Shown in pieces: positions 1 through 11,631 of a DNA stretch of 64,000 nucleotides. The DNA is from Vicugna vicugna (taxonomy: Eukaryota): contig MU058781.1 in assembly GCA_013265495.1 (NCBI GenBank), positions 5,874,118-5,938,117 of the forward strand, given 5' to 3'. The first letter of the stretch is position 1, and the number at the start of each line of letters is the position of its first letter. The notes under the pieces were generated by a model. It made no database searches. It saw only the letters and a list, made by a program, of their open reading frames with translations, and was not told the DNA's origin. Position numbers and translations under genes: made by a program.

Positions 1-509
1 TTTTTTCTCCTTTGATATTTTACCCAAATAGAATTCTTAGAAATGGGGAAAAAATAGTAAGAATGTATTTCCAGAGTAGAATAGCCTTTCAGAATTGAAA
101 ATGTTACATTAATCCTTTCCTGTTATCCAGTCTTGGCTTTTTAAATTCCCTTAAGAAGAAAATACCACACATTCATATTATGTTGCCAGCACTGGATGTG
201 TTATTTCTTCGGATTTCTGATTTGGCCGATAAGAATTTTCATGACATGAAACAGTTAAATAAGCAATTTCTAGTGACTTCACAAATATGATCCTCCCTGA
301 CGTGGGAATTCTCAATCAAAATCCACTCTAGTAGTTGAGTGAAAACAGTATGACACTGAATCTAACTACTTTTGTAAAAACTGTTTAACCGCAAACAACA
401 ACTTTTTGTAAGTTTACAACAAGGTAATGAGCACTGAGCTTCTCCAAAAAACATTAAAAAAAAAAAGGATTCCTTGTATATTTAGAAATGAATTCCTTCA
501 TTTCTTCTT

Positions 510-1700
510 ACCTTCCATGAATATTTATTAAGCTATATTATGTATAGAAATGGGCTTAATACTTGGAATACAAGGTTTAAAATAAGCCAGGGTCCACTCT
601 CAGGAGCCGCCCACAGAGAACGCTCCAGAAACAAAGAACTGCAGTGCCCGGCAGAGGGAGAGGGGACATTGCCAGCAGGCCCTGGTGAGTGAAGAGGTCA
701 CTGGGCAGAGAAGCAGCATTTCATGCAGGGGGACCCACATGAAGAAAGGCATGATTATTAAATACGTAGTATGTTTAGAACAGAAATAAGTACTATGTGG
801 GGAGATAGGAGGGACGGCAGATGAGATGTGACCTGTAAGCTGATAATGAATTCCAAGGGGGTCTTGAAAAATCACACAACAAAATTCAAATTTTATCTTC
901 TAGGGAAGGAAAAGCTAACAAAATCCTTTAAATTCTGCCTTTCACGTCATCATATTCATTCATTACTAAAGTAAATACCAAAAGAGTATAATTTTTCAAG
1001 AAAAAAATACTAATCACCCTCATGCAACAAACATCTTCATTTTCGCTTTATTTACTTCTAGTCTTTGTTGACAGACACTTGTTTCCCTCACTACTTTGTA
1101 ACCAATGTGTTTACAATTTTCAAGTATTTTACACTTAACACTGTATTCGTTTTTCCATACTCTGCCATACTTCTACATACTGTCAACAGTTTTCAGGAAT
1201 GAGAATAATTCAATCAGACCCTTTCTTTAGGAAGGTGAGTCTCAAAATAGTAGGATGGACAGAATACAGAAAGGAAACATTTAAGGCAAGCACACCCTTT
1301 TGAAAGTGGCTGCAATGGTCCAGAGAAATGATGTTAGTGAAAGAGAACAAAGCAAGGAGACAGAGAGACGTGGGTAGACGGTAACATATCTGAGAGATGA
1401 AACTGCAGCGTGTGGTCAAGGGATGAAGTACAGGAAGAAGGGGATGATGTTGAGGACCAATGACTGGCTGGTTGTTGATCCCATTTCTCTCAATAAAGAA
1501 CCCATAAGGGGAGACAGGACAGTGACAGATGCAGGTTTAGACTCAAGTTGAAGATACCTTTGGATATTCACATTGGAGCCATCAGGGAGGAAGCTGGAAA
1601 CCAACGACCTCAAACTCCAAAGAGAAAGAGAGAGCCACGTTAGTCATTAGTCATCGTGGTAGCGATGCCACGAGGCGAGGGTGCCTTCAGGGAGAGTGTG
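510..1700 (-). mobile_element. Old LINE-2 fragments (approximate bounds)
   Basis: L2-like 3' end (tccatgaatatttattaagc...) followed by degraded purine-rich L2-type sequence. Confidence 0.5.
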
Positions 1701-2194
1701 TGCAGGAACCAACTCGGGTGAGTTTCAGTTTTCACTCCAACAGCGTGCAGATGTGGCAGTTTCATTCTAACTTTTTTTGATGCAGGGCAAACATCTCCCT
1801 TCAAAGCTCTCAAACTGTCACCGAGGAAGGGTACCTTCCAAGTAAATCAACATCTGTTTTGACGATGCCTATTAGAAGACAATTCACTGGGTTTCCTGAG
1901 CTGGTGTGGCTTCGCTCACAGTTCTACCAAACCACACAGCTGCTCTGAAGGACGGAGGTAACCGTAAGCCTGCGATAACATCAGGAGAAGAGCGAGTTAT
2001 AACACATTTCACTGAAGGCAGGCCTGGGACTGCTGTGCAGAACATCGGCTTAGGGACGTGAAGGGTAACTAACTCCTCTAAGCTCGAAAGCATTTAAGAG
2101 CTTTCCAATGATGGACTTCAAGGAGGGTACCAGGCTGGCTCCCCTCTTTTGTCTGCCTTCCAAAAGCAGGGCCCATGATTCAGATGGCCCTTTG

Positions 2195-2228
2195 GAAACC
2201 CTGCAATCCTCGAAACCCTGCAATCCTC
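2195..2228. repeat. Perfect 17-bp tandem duplication (gaaaccctgcaatcctc x2)
   Basis: Directly visible in the sequence. Confidence 0.95.
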
Positions 2229-2824
2229 AAGACTGCCTCACGGTAAATAACACAAGTGACATAGTTTCTAACTAGACAAATGCCTTTTTTAAAACCAGTT
2301 TTTCTCTTTTGCAGCCCTGGATGGTGACCTGTCAGGAGCTACCCCAGGCAGCACTGAAGACTTCCAAAACAGCAACACCAGCATCTTGTATTTCACTAAA
2401 GTCATGTGCTTTACTGTTTCTTTCATTTTCTCCCTAGTTATTCCTCCACCTTAGAGCCTTGAGCCAAGGCTCAAAGATACATCAACTACATCTGGAAGAA
2501 GCCAAGCAGAGGAAAATCTAGTCAGGTCTCCACAAAGCACGTATTAGAAAGCCTCTTTTGCCCTTAATAGTGCCTTGAGAATCTTGCTTTTTTTTTTTTC
2601 CTTCCCTTCACTGATAATCTGAGAAAAAGCCCCGTCCCAGTTCACTCCGTGACACTTTCCCGTTTACCAAGCCTCCGGGAGTCAAAATGAGATGGAGACC
2701 CAGAGGAAGATACTTCCCTGTCACTGTGCTTGAATGTTGTCTGTTAACACAAACTTAACTCAGCTTTGGAACAGCTTTGCTAAACAGTGACAGAGCAAGA
2801 GTCAAAAAAGAAAAAAAAAGTTGT

Positions 2825-4353
2825 AAGAATGAAGCTGGAGGAATAACCCTCCCAGACTTCAGACAATACTACAGAGCTACAGTCATCAAAACAGTATGGT
2901 ATTGGGCACAAAATCAGATCTATGGATCAATGGAACAAAACACAGAGCCTAGAAATAAACCCACAGACCTACGGTCAATCTCCAACAAAGGAGGCAAAAA
3001 TATACAATGGAGAAAAGACAGCCTCTTCAGCAAGTGGTGTTGGGAAAACTGGACAGCTGTGTGTAAATCAATGAAGTTAGAAAACCCCCTCACTCCAGAC
3101 ACAAAAATAAACTGAAAATAGCTTAAAGATTTAGATACTATAAATCTCCCAGAAGAAAACATAGGCAAAACATTCTCTGACATAAATCTTAGCAATGTTC
3201 TCCTAGGACAGTCTACCCAGGCTATAGAAATAAAAGAAGAAATAAACAAATGGGATCTAATTAAACTTTAAAGCTTTTTCACAGCAAAGGAAACTATAAC
3301 TAAAAAGACAACCTACAGAATGGGGGAAAATATTTGCAAATGATATGACTGACAACTTCCAGAACATATAAACAGCTCATACAACTTAATAAAAAAAAAA
3401 ACCCAATCCAAAAAATGGGCAGAAGACCTAAACAAGCAATTCTCCAATGAAGACATACAAATAGTCAATAGGTACATGAAAAAATGCTCAATATCAATAA
3501 TTATCAGAGAAATGCAAGTCAAAACTACAATAAGGTACCACCTCACACCAGTCAGAATGGCCATCATTCAAAAGTCCATGAATGCTAAATGCTGTGGAGA
3601 GGGTGTGGAGAAAAGGGAACCCTCCTACACTGTTGGTGGGGATGTAGTTTGGTGCAGCCATTATGGAAAACAGTAATAAGATTCCTTTTAAAAAAAAGAA
3701 AAATTAACTTACTATATGACCCAGCAATCCTACTCCTGGGCATGTATCTGGAGGGAACTCTAATTCAAAGAGATACATGCACCCCAATGTTCATAGCAGC
3801 ACAATTTACAACAGCTAAGACGTGGAAACAACTTAAATGTCCATTGACAGATGACTGGATAATGAAGTTGTGTATATATACAATGGAATACTACTCAGTT
3901 ATAAAAAAGAATAAAATAATGCCATTTGCAGCAACATGGATGGACCTGGAGATTGTCATTCTAAGTGAAATAAGCCAGAAAGAGAAAGAAAAATACTAGA
4001 TGATATCACTTATATATGGAATCTAACAAAAAAGACACAAATGAACTTATTTACAAAACAGCAACAGACTCACCAACAAAGAAAACAAACTTACAATTAT
4101 CAGTGGGGAAAGGGGGTGGGAAGGGATAAATTGGGAGTTTGAGATGTGCAGATACTAACTACTATATATAAAACAGATAAACAATCAAGTTTCTACTGTA
4201 TAGCACAGGGAACTATATACTGAAACTACAATGAAAAAGAACATGAAAAGGAATATAGGTATGGGTATGCATGACTAAAACATTATATGGTACACTAGAA
4301 ATTGATACATTGTAAACTGACTGTACATCAATAAAAAAAAGAAAAGAAAATTT
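2825..4353 (+). mobile_element. 5'-truncated LINE-1 (ORF2 C-terminal part, 3' UTR, A-rich tail)
   Basis: Translations KNEAGGITLPDFRQYYRATVIKTVWYW, KDSLFSKWCWENW and TCTPMFIAAQFT...IMPFAATWMDLE are L1 ORF2. The flanking repeat aaaaaagttgt on both sides is a likely TSD. Confidence 0.97.
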
Positions 4354-6757
4354 AAAAAGAAAAAAGTTGTAAAAAAAAAAAAAGGGCAGGGTTTAATGCA
4401 TTTGGTAGTGGTTATCTTAACAGCTAATCAATTTCCTGATTACCTTTCTGGTGCCCTTATAGGCTGCCTGGGCCACGGTGAGGTCTTCTGCTTGGTTTCC
4501 GACTTGAACTAGCTGTCAGATGTTCTACTAGTTCTAAATCCACCAGCAGGGGCCTCCAGGAGTTGCACCAGAAGCAAACACCACCCTGCAAATCTCTTCT
4601 GGATCATCTAAGGCCAGGCTGGCCCTTGCCTGAGCAAGCGGAGGAGGGAAAGAGGGCGCCCAGCGTCACCATGGCCATCTGTGAACATCAGATTCAAATC
4701 CTGAATCTCCGCTGCCACTGTGGGTGCTTTGATGTGTGGCCACTGCAGCTTAACTTTATCCCTTCCAGCAAGGGGACTGCTCTCCTGCCACCCAAACTGA
4801 CAACCTGCGAGCCCTGACAGCTGAAAGAAATACCACTCAAAAGGAATTGCCAAGGGCAGCAGGTGTGGCTTTGAGAGCCAAGGACAGAGCTGCGAGGTTC
4901 CCACAGCACTGCACTCATCCTCAGATCCTTTTCCCGTTCGGTCACTCCGGTCCAGCTCCCCACAACTGCTGTTCCAGCTCTACTAGACTCAGTCAGGGCT
5001 TCTGCATTACTAGGGACAGTCAGAGTCAATGTTAAAGGGAGACAGGCCTAAAAAGGTTTCCAAAGGAGCCTCTGACCTAGAAGAACACTTCACACATTTA
5101 GTCAAACAGGGGTTTCTCAGAGTTCAGAGAAGACGCTGATATTACATCCCCAAAAGGAAAGGTTGGGTGATTGAGGAGTGATTGCAGCCATCACTGCTGG
5201 ATGCTGCCTAGGTCAACAAGCCAATACTTCCTGGGCATCTACCATGCGCTCAGAGCTGGGCCCTCTGCTGCGGGGGAGGCAGCTTAGCGGAGGACGAAGA
5301 AGTAGCCTCAGACAGTTGCTCACCAGCCTCAGTGCCCGAGAGCTAACTGTGGTGAGTTTCTCGGTCTTAACCTCCCCAGAAATTCTGACTCACTGAGCCT
5401 GGCGGTGCTGAATCTGCAACTGTGACACTCACATCCCGGTGATCCTGGTGGAGGTGGTGCCAGAGCTAGACCACCTTTGGGAACCACTGGGCTACGATCT
5501 GATTCCTGCCCTCAAGCAGTCTGCAACCCACAAAGCCACGCAAAGCCACAGAGGCTTTTTACGATCAGGCTCCAAACGTCATAGGAGTTCCTAAGGAGAG
5601 GCCAGTCAGTGAAGTCCTGAGCATTCAGGGTAGACTTTGTGAACGTCAGCCCGGCTTGACGGTCAGGCAGGACTTGGACAGAAAAAGCCAGCCCCGTGCA
5701 ATCATCTTAACCAAACCCCCGATTCAGCAGGACAGGGAGGCCACAGTGGGCAGCATAAATAAAGATGGATACAGAAACTATCAGACCGCCCCCAAACAGG
5801 TAAAGAGGCTTCCCATATTGAGTGCAGGGAGGAGACTGTCACCAGGAGAATCATAGAACTGGTGTTTCCAGATAACACCACGTTTGCATTTGCATTCTGC
5901 CGCATTCATGTGGTTTCCTGCACTTCATAATTTTAACATTTGTAAGAGAAAAAAAAATGCTGTTATGAAACCCAAATAATGCACTGCTCTGAGGCAGACA
6001 GCCAGCTGCTAACAAGAGTGACATCTGAGCATCATTTCAAGTGTCGTTCGTTCACAGCTCTGCTTCAGAACAGGGACATTTAGTAAGAAGGAGAAATAAC
6101 AGATTCTGTTCAATGTAAAACAAAGTTAGGGTTCCACAGAATGAAAGAAAGGGCTGGCAGAGAACCCAAACACAGGGACCGTGGACACAGAAGGAAGACG
6201 TGAGATCTGCAACAGAGAGAATAGAGGACAGTAATTCAAAAGCAACCTATCTCGTTTATTCAAATACGATACTCATATAACACGGTGCCATGTTTTCTTT
6301 CATGTGGCAAGGGAAAAAGTGGTGAACAAGACAGTGCAAGGCCTGCTTGACCCAGGGGCTGGGTCACAAGATCACTGCCAGCAGGAAGAAGGAAGCCTAG
6401 GTGCCTGCCCCTTCTCTCCACACCAGCTGGTCCAGTGAGCCCCCTGTGCCAGCGATGACTTGCTGATGGCACACGATTCAATCGAGCAAGGATCAAAGGG
6501 TACACTTATTTAAGTAATTTCACAAGAGTGAACTGTGGAATTTAAAATCTACAAGCAACCTTGGACATCACCAAGGCATGCCCTGGCGTTTTTACAGGTG
6601 ACTCATTCCAGGAGGCTGGATAAGCTGTCCGAGGTCACCAAGATATGTGGGCAGAACAGGGCTTCCTCTGAGGACTGTTTCCAAGAAATACATTGAAGGC
6701 GGCTGATAAAACCTTCCTTGGAAATCCATGTCATTTTGGTGTCGAGTTTGGAATTTG

Positions 6758-6770
6758 TTTATTATTTATT
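6758..6770 (-). other. Tandem polyadenylation signals (AATAAA x2) of the minus-strand pseudogene
   Basis: Plus-strand tttatt at 6758-6763 and 6765-6770, about 260 nt past the terminal stop at 7027. Confidence 0.35.
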
Positions 6771-7026
6771 TCTAGCGTTTGAATTCCACCCCCCAAATAA
6801 GACTGTCATTCTGGGCACTGTGTTTCGTTAAAAGGTTCTCGATAAACACTTGATGAACAGGATTTGAAACTCCCCCAGACCTCTCACCTTGCTCAGCCCC
6901 ATACTTCATTTCCAGGGTAACAACTTGCCATCAGATTGAATCTACCATCCCTTGTATGATTAATCCCTTGGGCTCTCAACTAAAATAGAATATATGGAAG
7001 ATAGAGTTGGTTTGCTGCTTGCGTGT

Positions 7027-7424
7027 TTAGTTGTCTGGGTCCCCCCTCCCCCGCCTCTTTTGGTCTTTTCTAACCACAAATGCATTCTGCTCACATCGAA
7101 TTATTCTGCAAATTTCAGAAATGAACACACCAAGTAAATTTAGTTGCTCTCTAAACTTGAACAACGTTTTCTCAACATCCTGTTGCTTGGGTTGTAGAGA
7201 AATAGCCATGTGCTTGAGTAAGATGTCCCAGGACACCAAAGAAATGGCGACTGATGAAATTTAAAGCTAACGAACGCCAAGAACTTCCGATGACTTACCC
7301 GAGACCACTTGTGTTTCAGGACCATTCGTGCAGGCTGGGGTCTGCTCCTTCTCTCTTGCTCGTGGTCTGCAGCAGGATTATTTTTGAGGCCTCAAAATAA
7401 ACTCTTTCATTTTGTTCCAGAATG
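7027..7424 (-). pseudogene. Kinase-like exon(s) B (subdomains VII-XI and C-terminus), disrupted
   Basis: Strong acceptor ttttgttttgtttgactgcag in phase 1. One frame reads AFWNKMKEFILRPQK*...TPACTNGPE...SSEVLGVR*L*ISSVAISLVSWDILLKH...EQLNLLGVFISEICRIIRC...DPDN*. There is an internal perfect donor CGG|gtaagt at 7298. Confidence 0.65.
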
Positions 7425-8095
7425 CTGCAGTCAAACAAAACAAAACGCCAAGTCAGAATGAAAAATAAATGCCACTTCAAGCAGTCAGTTGATATTCAGG
7501 GGGAAATCCCTGGCCTTTCTCAGATGTATATTTTATAACCTCAAACAAGCATGTTAATTACCAGAACGATGTTATCACACAACAGATCTCCATATGGTGC
7601 CCTAAAATGCTGGAGAGGAGGAGGGAGGAAGGGAGAAAAAAGACAACAAAGCACCTGCTGGGACAGGCACTACCTCTGATGGTATGCCATATACCACTGG
7701 CCGTGTGCTTGCAAAATTTCAAATTGACTAACTGAAATAAGTAACTAAAGGAGGATTCATTACGTTGAAATAGAGATACTACTGTGCAGTCATCATGAAC
7801 AGAAAGTGGAGAAAGTTTTGTTTCAAGTTAAAATTCATCTGAGTCTGCCCATTAAAGACTCAGACTGAACGAGCTAATGTTAATATTTTTAAATAAAGGG
7901 CTATCAGGATTGAACAGAAAAGGCAACGTGTGGGAGAGAGGAAATTTTCCTTTTTGCACCACAAATAGGTAACTGGGTTTCTGTTCTGACTCGATGTATC
8001 TGGATAAAGACCTTCCCCACCCAAGTTGGAAAGTGGCATTTACTTTACACACTGACCGTGAAATGAAGGGGTAAAATCTGCGTGCCTGACTTTAC

Positions 8096-8541
8096 CCCAC
8101 TCCGAGCAGCTGCGTGTGACAAGGTCGCTCTGAGAAGTTCCCTTCTGCCTTGTGAGCCTCCAAGGCTCACTTGTCACAGGGTGTTGTTCTAGCTGCTTCT
8201 GCTGCTTAGTCAAATCCACCCCACTGTTTGTTCCTTGACAATGGCCATTTGAGAGCCTGGAAACGGTCTTCAAAAGATGTCTGCATCCTTTTTGAGCCCT
8301 TTCTGAGCTCTTCCGCATCGATTTTGAAAGCCCATTGGAAGGTTGTCACCCAGTTCCCTGACTACGGTGACTGCATCCTACTTGTAACTCTAAACCTTCC
8401 ATGAATCTCCAAAGGTCCCGAGGCAATCGCCAAAGATTTTGTCATCAAATGACCCACTTGTGAGAGACAGGATAGACTTTTTGTGCTTCAGGAGGTTGCT
8501 ATGTGAATAATCAATTCCTTGAAAGCCTTCTGGGACTATTC
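8096..8541 (-). pseudogene. Kinase-like exon A (subdomains I-VIb), disrupted
   Basis: Reads GIVPEGFQGIDY...DKIFGDCLGTFGDSWKV*SYK*DAVTVVREL...QMAIVKEQ...QVSLG, then after a frameshift QKGTSQSDLVTRSCSEW. Stops include 8390-8392 and 8378-8380. The donor GGG|gtaaag is in phase 1 in the catalytic-loop frame. The acceptor is weak. Confidence 0.7.
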
Positions 8542-8922
8542 CTTTATAGAATACTCAATGTTTTTTAAAAGGACTTTTTTTTTTGTTGGGGGGGGTGTAT
8601 ACTGGTTAAATTCATGTAGGCACTTAAAGATCTGGAAGAGGAGGTGAAAGCCACTCTTGGTTAATGTTTAAACAAGGGAGTTGAGTGTAAGGCCATTGTA
8701 TTTTCAGTCTGGCTGGAAGAGCAACTGTCTGAAAATGGCAAAGACTTTTTTTTGATGCTATCAATACCCACTGAAAGTGGGGTTGTAACGATTTTATTAG
8801 TTTTCTGAGCAGTTTTCATGAAATGCAACTCAGCTCCCACTCAAATGTGTAACAGTAACATATTGATACAAATTAGCACAAGCCAGGAAGTTCAAAGCAT
8901 GACAACTTGTCTTTTAGCTTAC

Positions 8923-9005
8923 CGTTTTGATAAAAACAGAATTTGGAGCGAGAAGGATTTAAGCGAGCCCACTCAGAGTTACTGGCTGGTATCAATCTTC
9001 TTTTA
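8923..9005 (-). pseudogene. Candidate juxtamembrane exon (KRRLIPASNSEWARLNPSRSKFCFYQN)
   Basis: Acceptor ttcatttttag and strong donor ACG|gtaagc. The 27 codons are open and start with basic KRR. Phase 2 to 1 bridges the TM candidate and the kinase exon. Confidence 0.6.
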
Positions 9006-9059
9006 CTAAAAATGAACTGCTGCTTTTCTCTTATTTGTTGCCAGCTTTATCTCTTGGTA

Positions 9060-9170
9060 TTTTAGAACTGGAGATGTCTTTGTCATCTAGTCTAAGATTC
9101 TTCTGTAAATAAAGCTGCCGGCTCAGAGAGGTTGACAGACCTCTTAAAGTCACACAGCAAGTTACTTTGC
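9060..9170. mobile_element. MIR SINE fragment
   Basis: ggctcagagaggttga...aagtcacacagcaagt resembles the MIR core. Confidence 0.6.
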
Positions 9171-9722
9171 GCTTTGACTAGACTGGGGATTAATCCCAAG
9201 GAATCTTAATGGACATAATGTCACTGAATGAAATGGAATGTGTTGGTCTGAAACGTTGACCAGCAGCACAATACTTTCTCATAGTACTCTTCCTCTCTTT
9301 TTCTGTTTTATTTTTGCCCCTAAAGAAAGAAATTAATTTCTGGATTATATTCTTGTCACCAAGTAGAGCAAAATTTTCTGGGAGAGGCAGAACAGCTCCA
9401 TGATTAGCTCAGGACCCTTCACCAGCTACCAAAGCCAGGTGTCCAGAGGAGTAAGGTTTAGATTATTTGCAGAGGAGGGGAAAAAAAAAAAAAAACTCAT
9501 CTAAGTGGCAAGATTTTCCATTCTTGTCTCTGTAGATGTGAATAAGGTGGAAGTGATTCACCTTGTGATTTATAGCTTGACACTCAATTATACATAATGC
9601 AACAAGTATGAGACAATTTTTATCAAAAGAAAACCATTGAAAATTCTACACACCTCCTTTTAAGCAAGACTTGCAATAGACGCCCCTCCTTCAGCAAACT
9701 TTTCAGCAGTGCTGCTAATCAC

Positions 9723-9861
9723 CCAGAAAACAAACTGGCTTGAGTTTAATCTCCTTTGCCTGCCTGTTCTTGTTTGCCAGTTGAAGTTATAAATAGAGAT
9801 AAGACCAAAAGTCCAGAAAGGAGAAAAGAATGCCAGAGGCTGAGAGCATTCACTGATATGC
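9723..9861 (-). pseudogene. Candidate transmembrane exon (ISVNALSLWHSFLLSGLLVLSLFITSTGK...)
   Basis: Acceptor ctgacttttagtgttcag and donor TGG|gtgatt. Phase 1 to 2 fits the next exon. It has a hydrophobic stretch of about 20 aa and one in-frame TAA. Confidence 0.5.
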
Positions 9862-10124
9862 CTGAACACTAAAAGTCAGCTACATAAACAAGGATTTCAC
9901 TCCAGATGATATCCTTGCAGAGTTTTAAAATTTGATAAGCATTTTTGTGACAATTTTCTGAATAGCTTTAAGCAGCTGCAGCATTGTACAGTATATCAAC
10001 ATAAGTTAAAAACAGTGGCCAAGAAGCCATGAATTTTTTTTTTTTTTAGTTTTAGTTTTGCAGCTAACTGGATTTTTACATTTAAGTCACAATCTCCTAA
10101 ACAAATAAATAAATAAAAATGAAA

Positions 10125-10285
10125 ACAAGGCAATATTCCTTGTGCTGTACAATATATCCTTGCAGCAAGGAATATAGCCAACATTTTATAATAAATGAAG
10201 TATAACCTTCAAAAATTGCGAATCACTATATTGTACACCTGTAACTTATATAATATCATACAGCAACTACACTTCAATAAAAGAA
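10125..10285 (+). mobile_element. L1 3' UTR fragment
   Basis: gaatcactatattgtacacctgtaact...caactacacttcaataaa matches the L1 3' termini elsewhere in the window. Confidence 0.8.
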
Positions 10286-10682
10286 AAGTGTTCCTCTTAA
10301 AAAAATAATAAAAACAATCTCCTGAGTAGAACTAGTTCCTTACCTATCAAATAAAAGAACATAAGTAAATCCTCTCCATAATTAATTCCCAATGATAATT
10401 CAAGCTGTTCTTACACAATTTGAGCATACCATATCAAATAAAATCTCTGCAAACACAATTATATCTTATATGATCTATTAGGTACATCTTTATCCTAACT
10501 CCAACGAGACACAGACTGCATAGAAAGAGAGTAATGGGTTCATGGTGGAATCTCACCTCAGTGGGGGTTGGGAGTCACAGAGAAGTTCATCACTTGCCCA
10601 ACACCACACGTATGTGACAGAGGAAGGAAGCAAACTTCAGGTCATCTGACTCCAGAGCTTCAGCTCGTAATGACTGCATGTC

Positions 10683-10759
10683 AAGACCCCACCAGAAGTT
10701 GACACAACATTGTAAACTGACTGTACTTCAATTTCTAAAATGAGGAAAGAAAAGACCCC
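10683..10759 (+). mobile_element. Extremely 5'-truncated L1 tail (about 60 bp) with TSD aagacccc
   Basis: accagaagttgacacaacattgtaaactgactgtacttcaat closely matches the 3' ends of the L1s near 4.3 kb and 35.5 kb. aagacccc occurs at 10683-10690 and 10752-10759. Confidence 0.8.
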
Positions 10760-11450
10760 TCTAGAATAACCTATTCTCCTACTTTGGATGTGAAGACCTG
10801 AAATGTGACTTGCTACTGCAAAAAGTCTTGGCATCACATAGTTTACACAAGCAATATTCAATGCATATGCATTTATACCAAACGTCTCAACCTGCCTCAT
10901 GGCTCTCGAACTCTTTAATTTCCGATATCCCAAACATACTACGATCTGTACTCAACTGTCCAAGAAGATGGAAAGGCAGTCTCTTGCTGTTGGAAGTGTG
11001 ATCTCGGACTGGTTAATGTGAGTCTGGTTAAACTGGCTGATTCAAGTATCAGAGAATTTCCAGCACAGTTTGCAAAAGCCCTAATATATTTCTATAGACC
11101 AAATGTCATCCTTTTGTACAGAGAGTTCTCCCTAAATCTATTTACTAAATGGTAAGGAAAAGAACAAGATACTGAATAAGAGAGCCACAGTAAATTCTGC
11201 TTGAATTTTTTTAAATAATAAGGGAAAATCAATTTTCAGTTGGCAAGAGAAAGTCACTAAGGATTCCAACAATATTAAAGTTCTTAAGTAGGAGCTGGCA
11301 AAAATACAAAAATCAAAAGCTCTTGCATTGTATAAATTACAATGGCCGTTGTTTCTTTAATTATTATAACAAATTAAGACTTTTCCATTCTTTCCCTAAC
11401 GCAGACACGTGAACTACAGAAAGGGAAAGAAATGACCTCGGCATTTCTAC

Positions 11451-11631
11451 CTCAACACCAATTTAGAACGCCGTTGTTGTCAGAAAGGACCGCTGCTGGT
11501 TAATGCATCGTTCTTATTTTTTAGGAAGGAAATGTCCCTCAAGTAGCCAGAAACACGGTCCCCATCCACACTGTGGCATCCTTTTGTTTTAACTGTTAGT
11601 ACTGTGCCCACAACCAATGGAAGCCAAAGAA
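11451..11631 (-). pseudogene. Alternative TM/juxtamembrane exon candidate (LWLPLVVGTVLTVKTKG...)
   Basis: Strong acceptor gtctttctttccag and donor GAG|gtagaa, phase 1 to 2. A hydrophobic run of about 14 aa is followed by KTK, and there is one in-frame TGA. Confidence 0.35.

Noticed and set aside
2295..2454. Strong plus-strand acceptor (tttttctcttttgcag) followed by an open frame
   Set aside because: There is no convincing donor, no partner exons and no recognisable peptide.
2777..3999. ORFs of 112, 66 and 136 aa on the plus strand
   Set aside because: They are frameshifted pieces of L1 ORF2, not a host gene.
4539..4556. CTCF-like motif ccaccagcaggggcc
   Set aside because: The match to the core is imperfect and cannot be supported without a PWM score or ChIP data.
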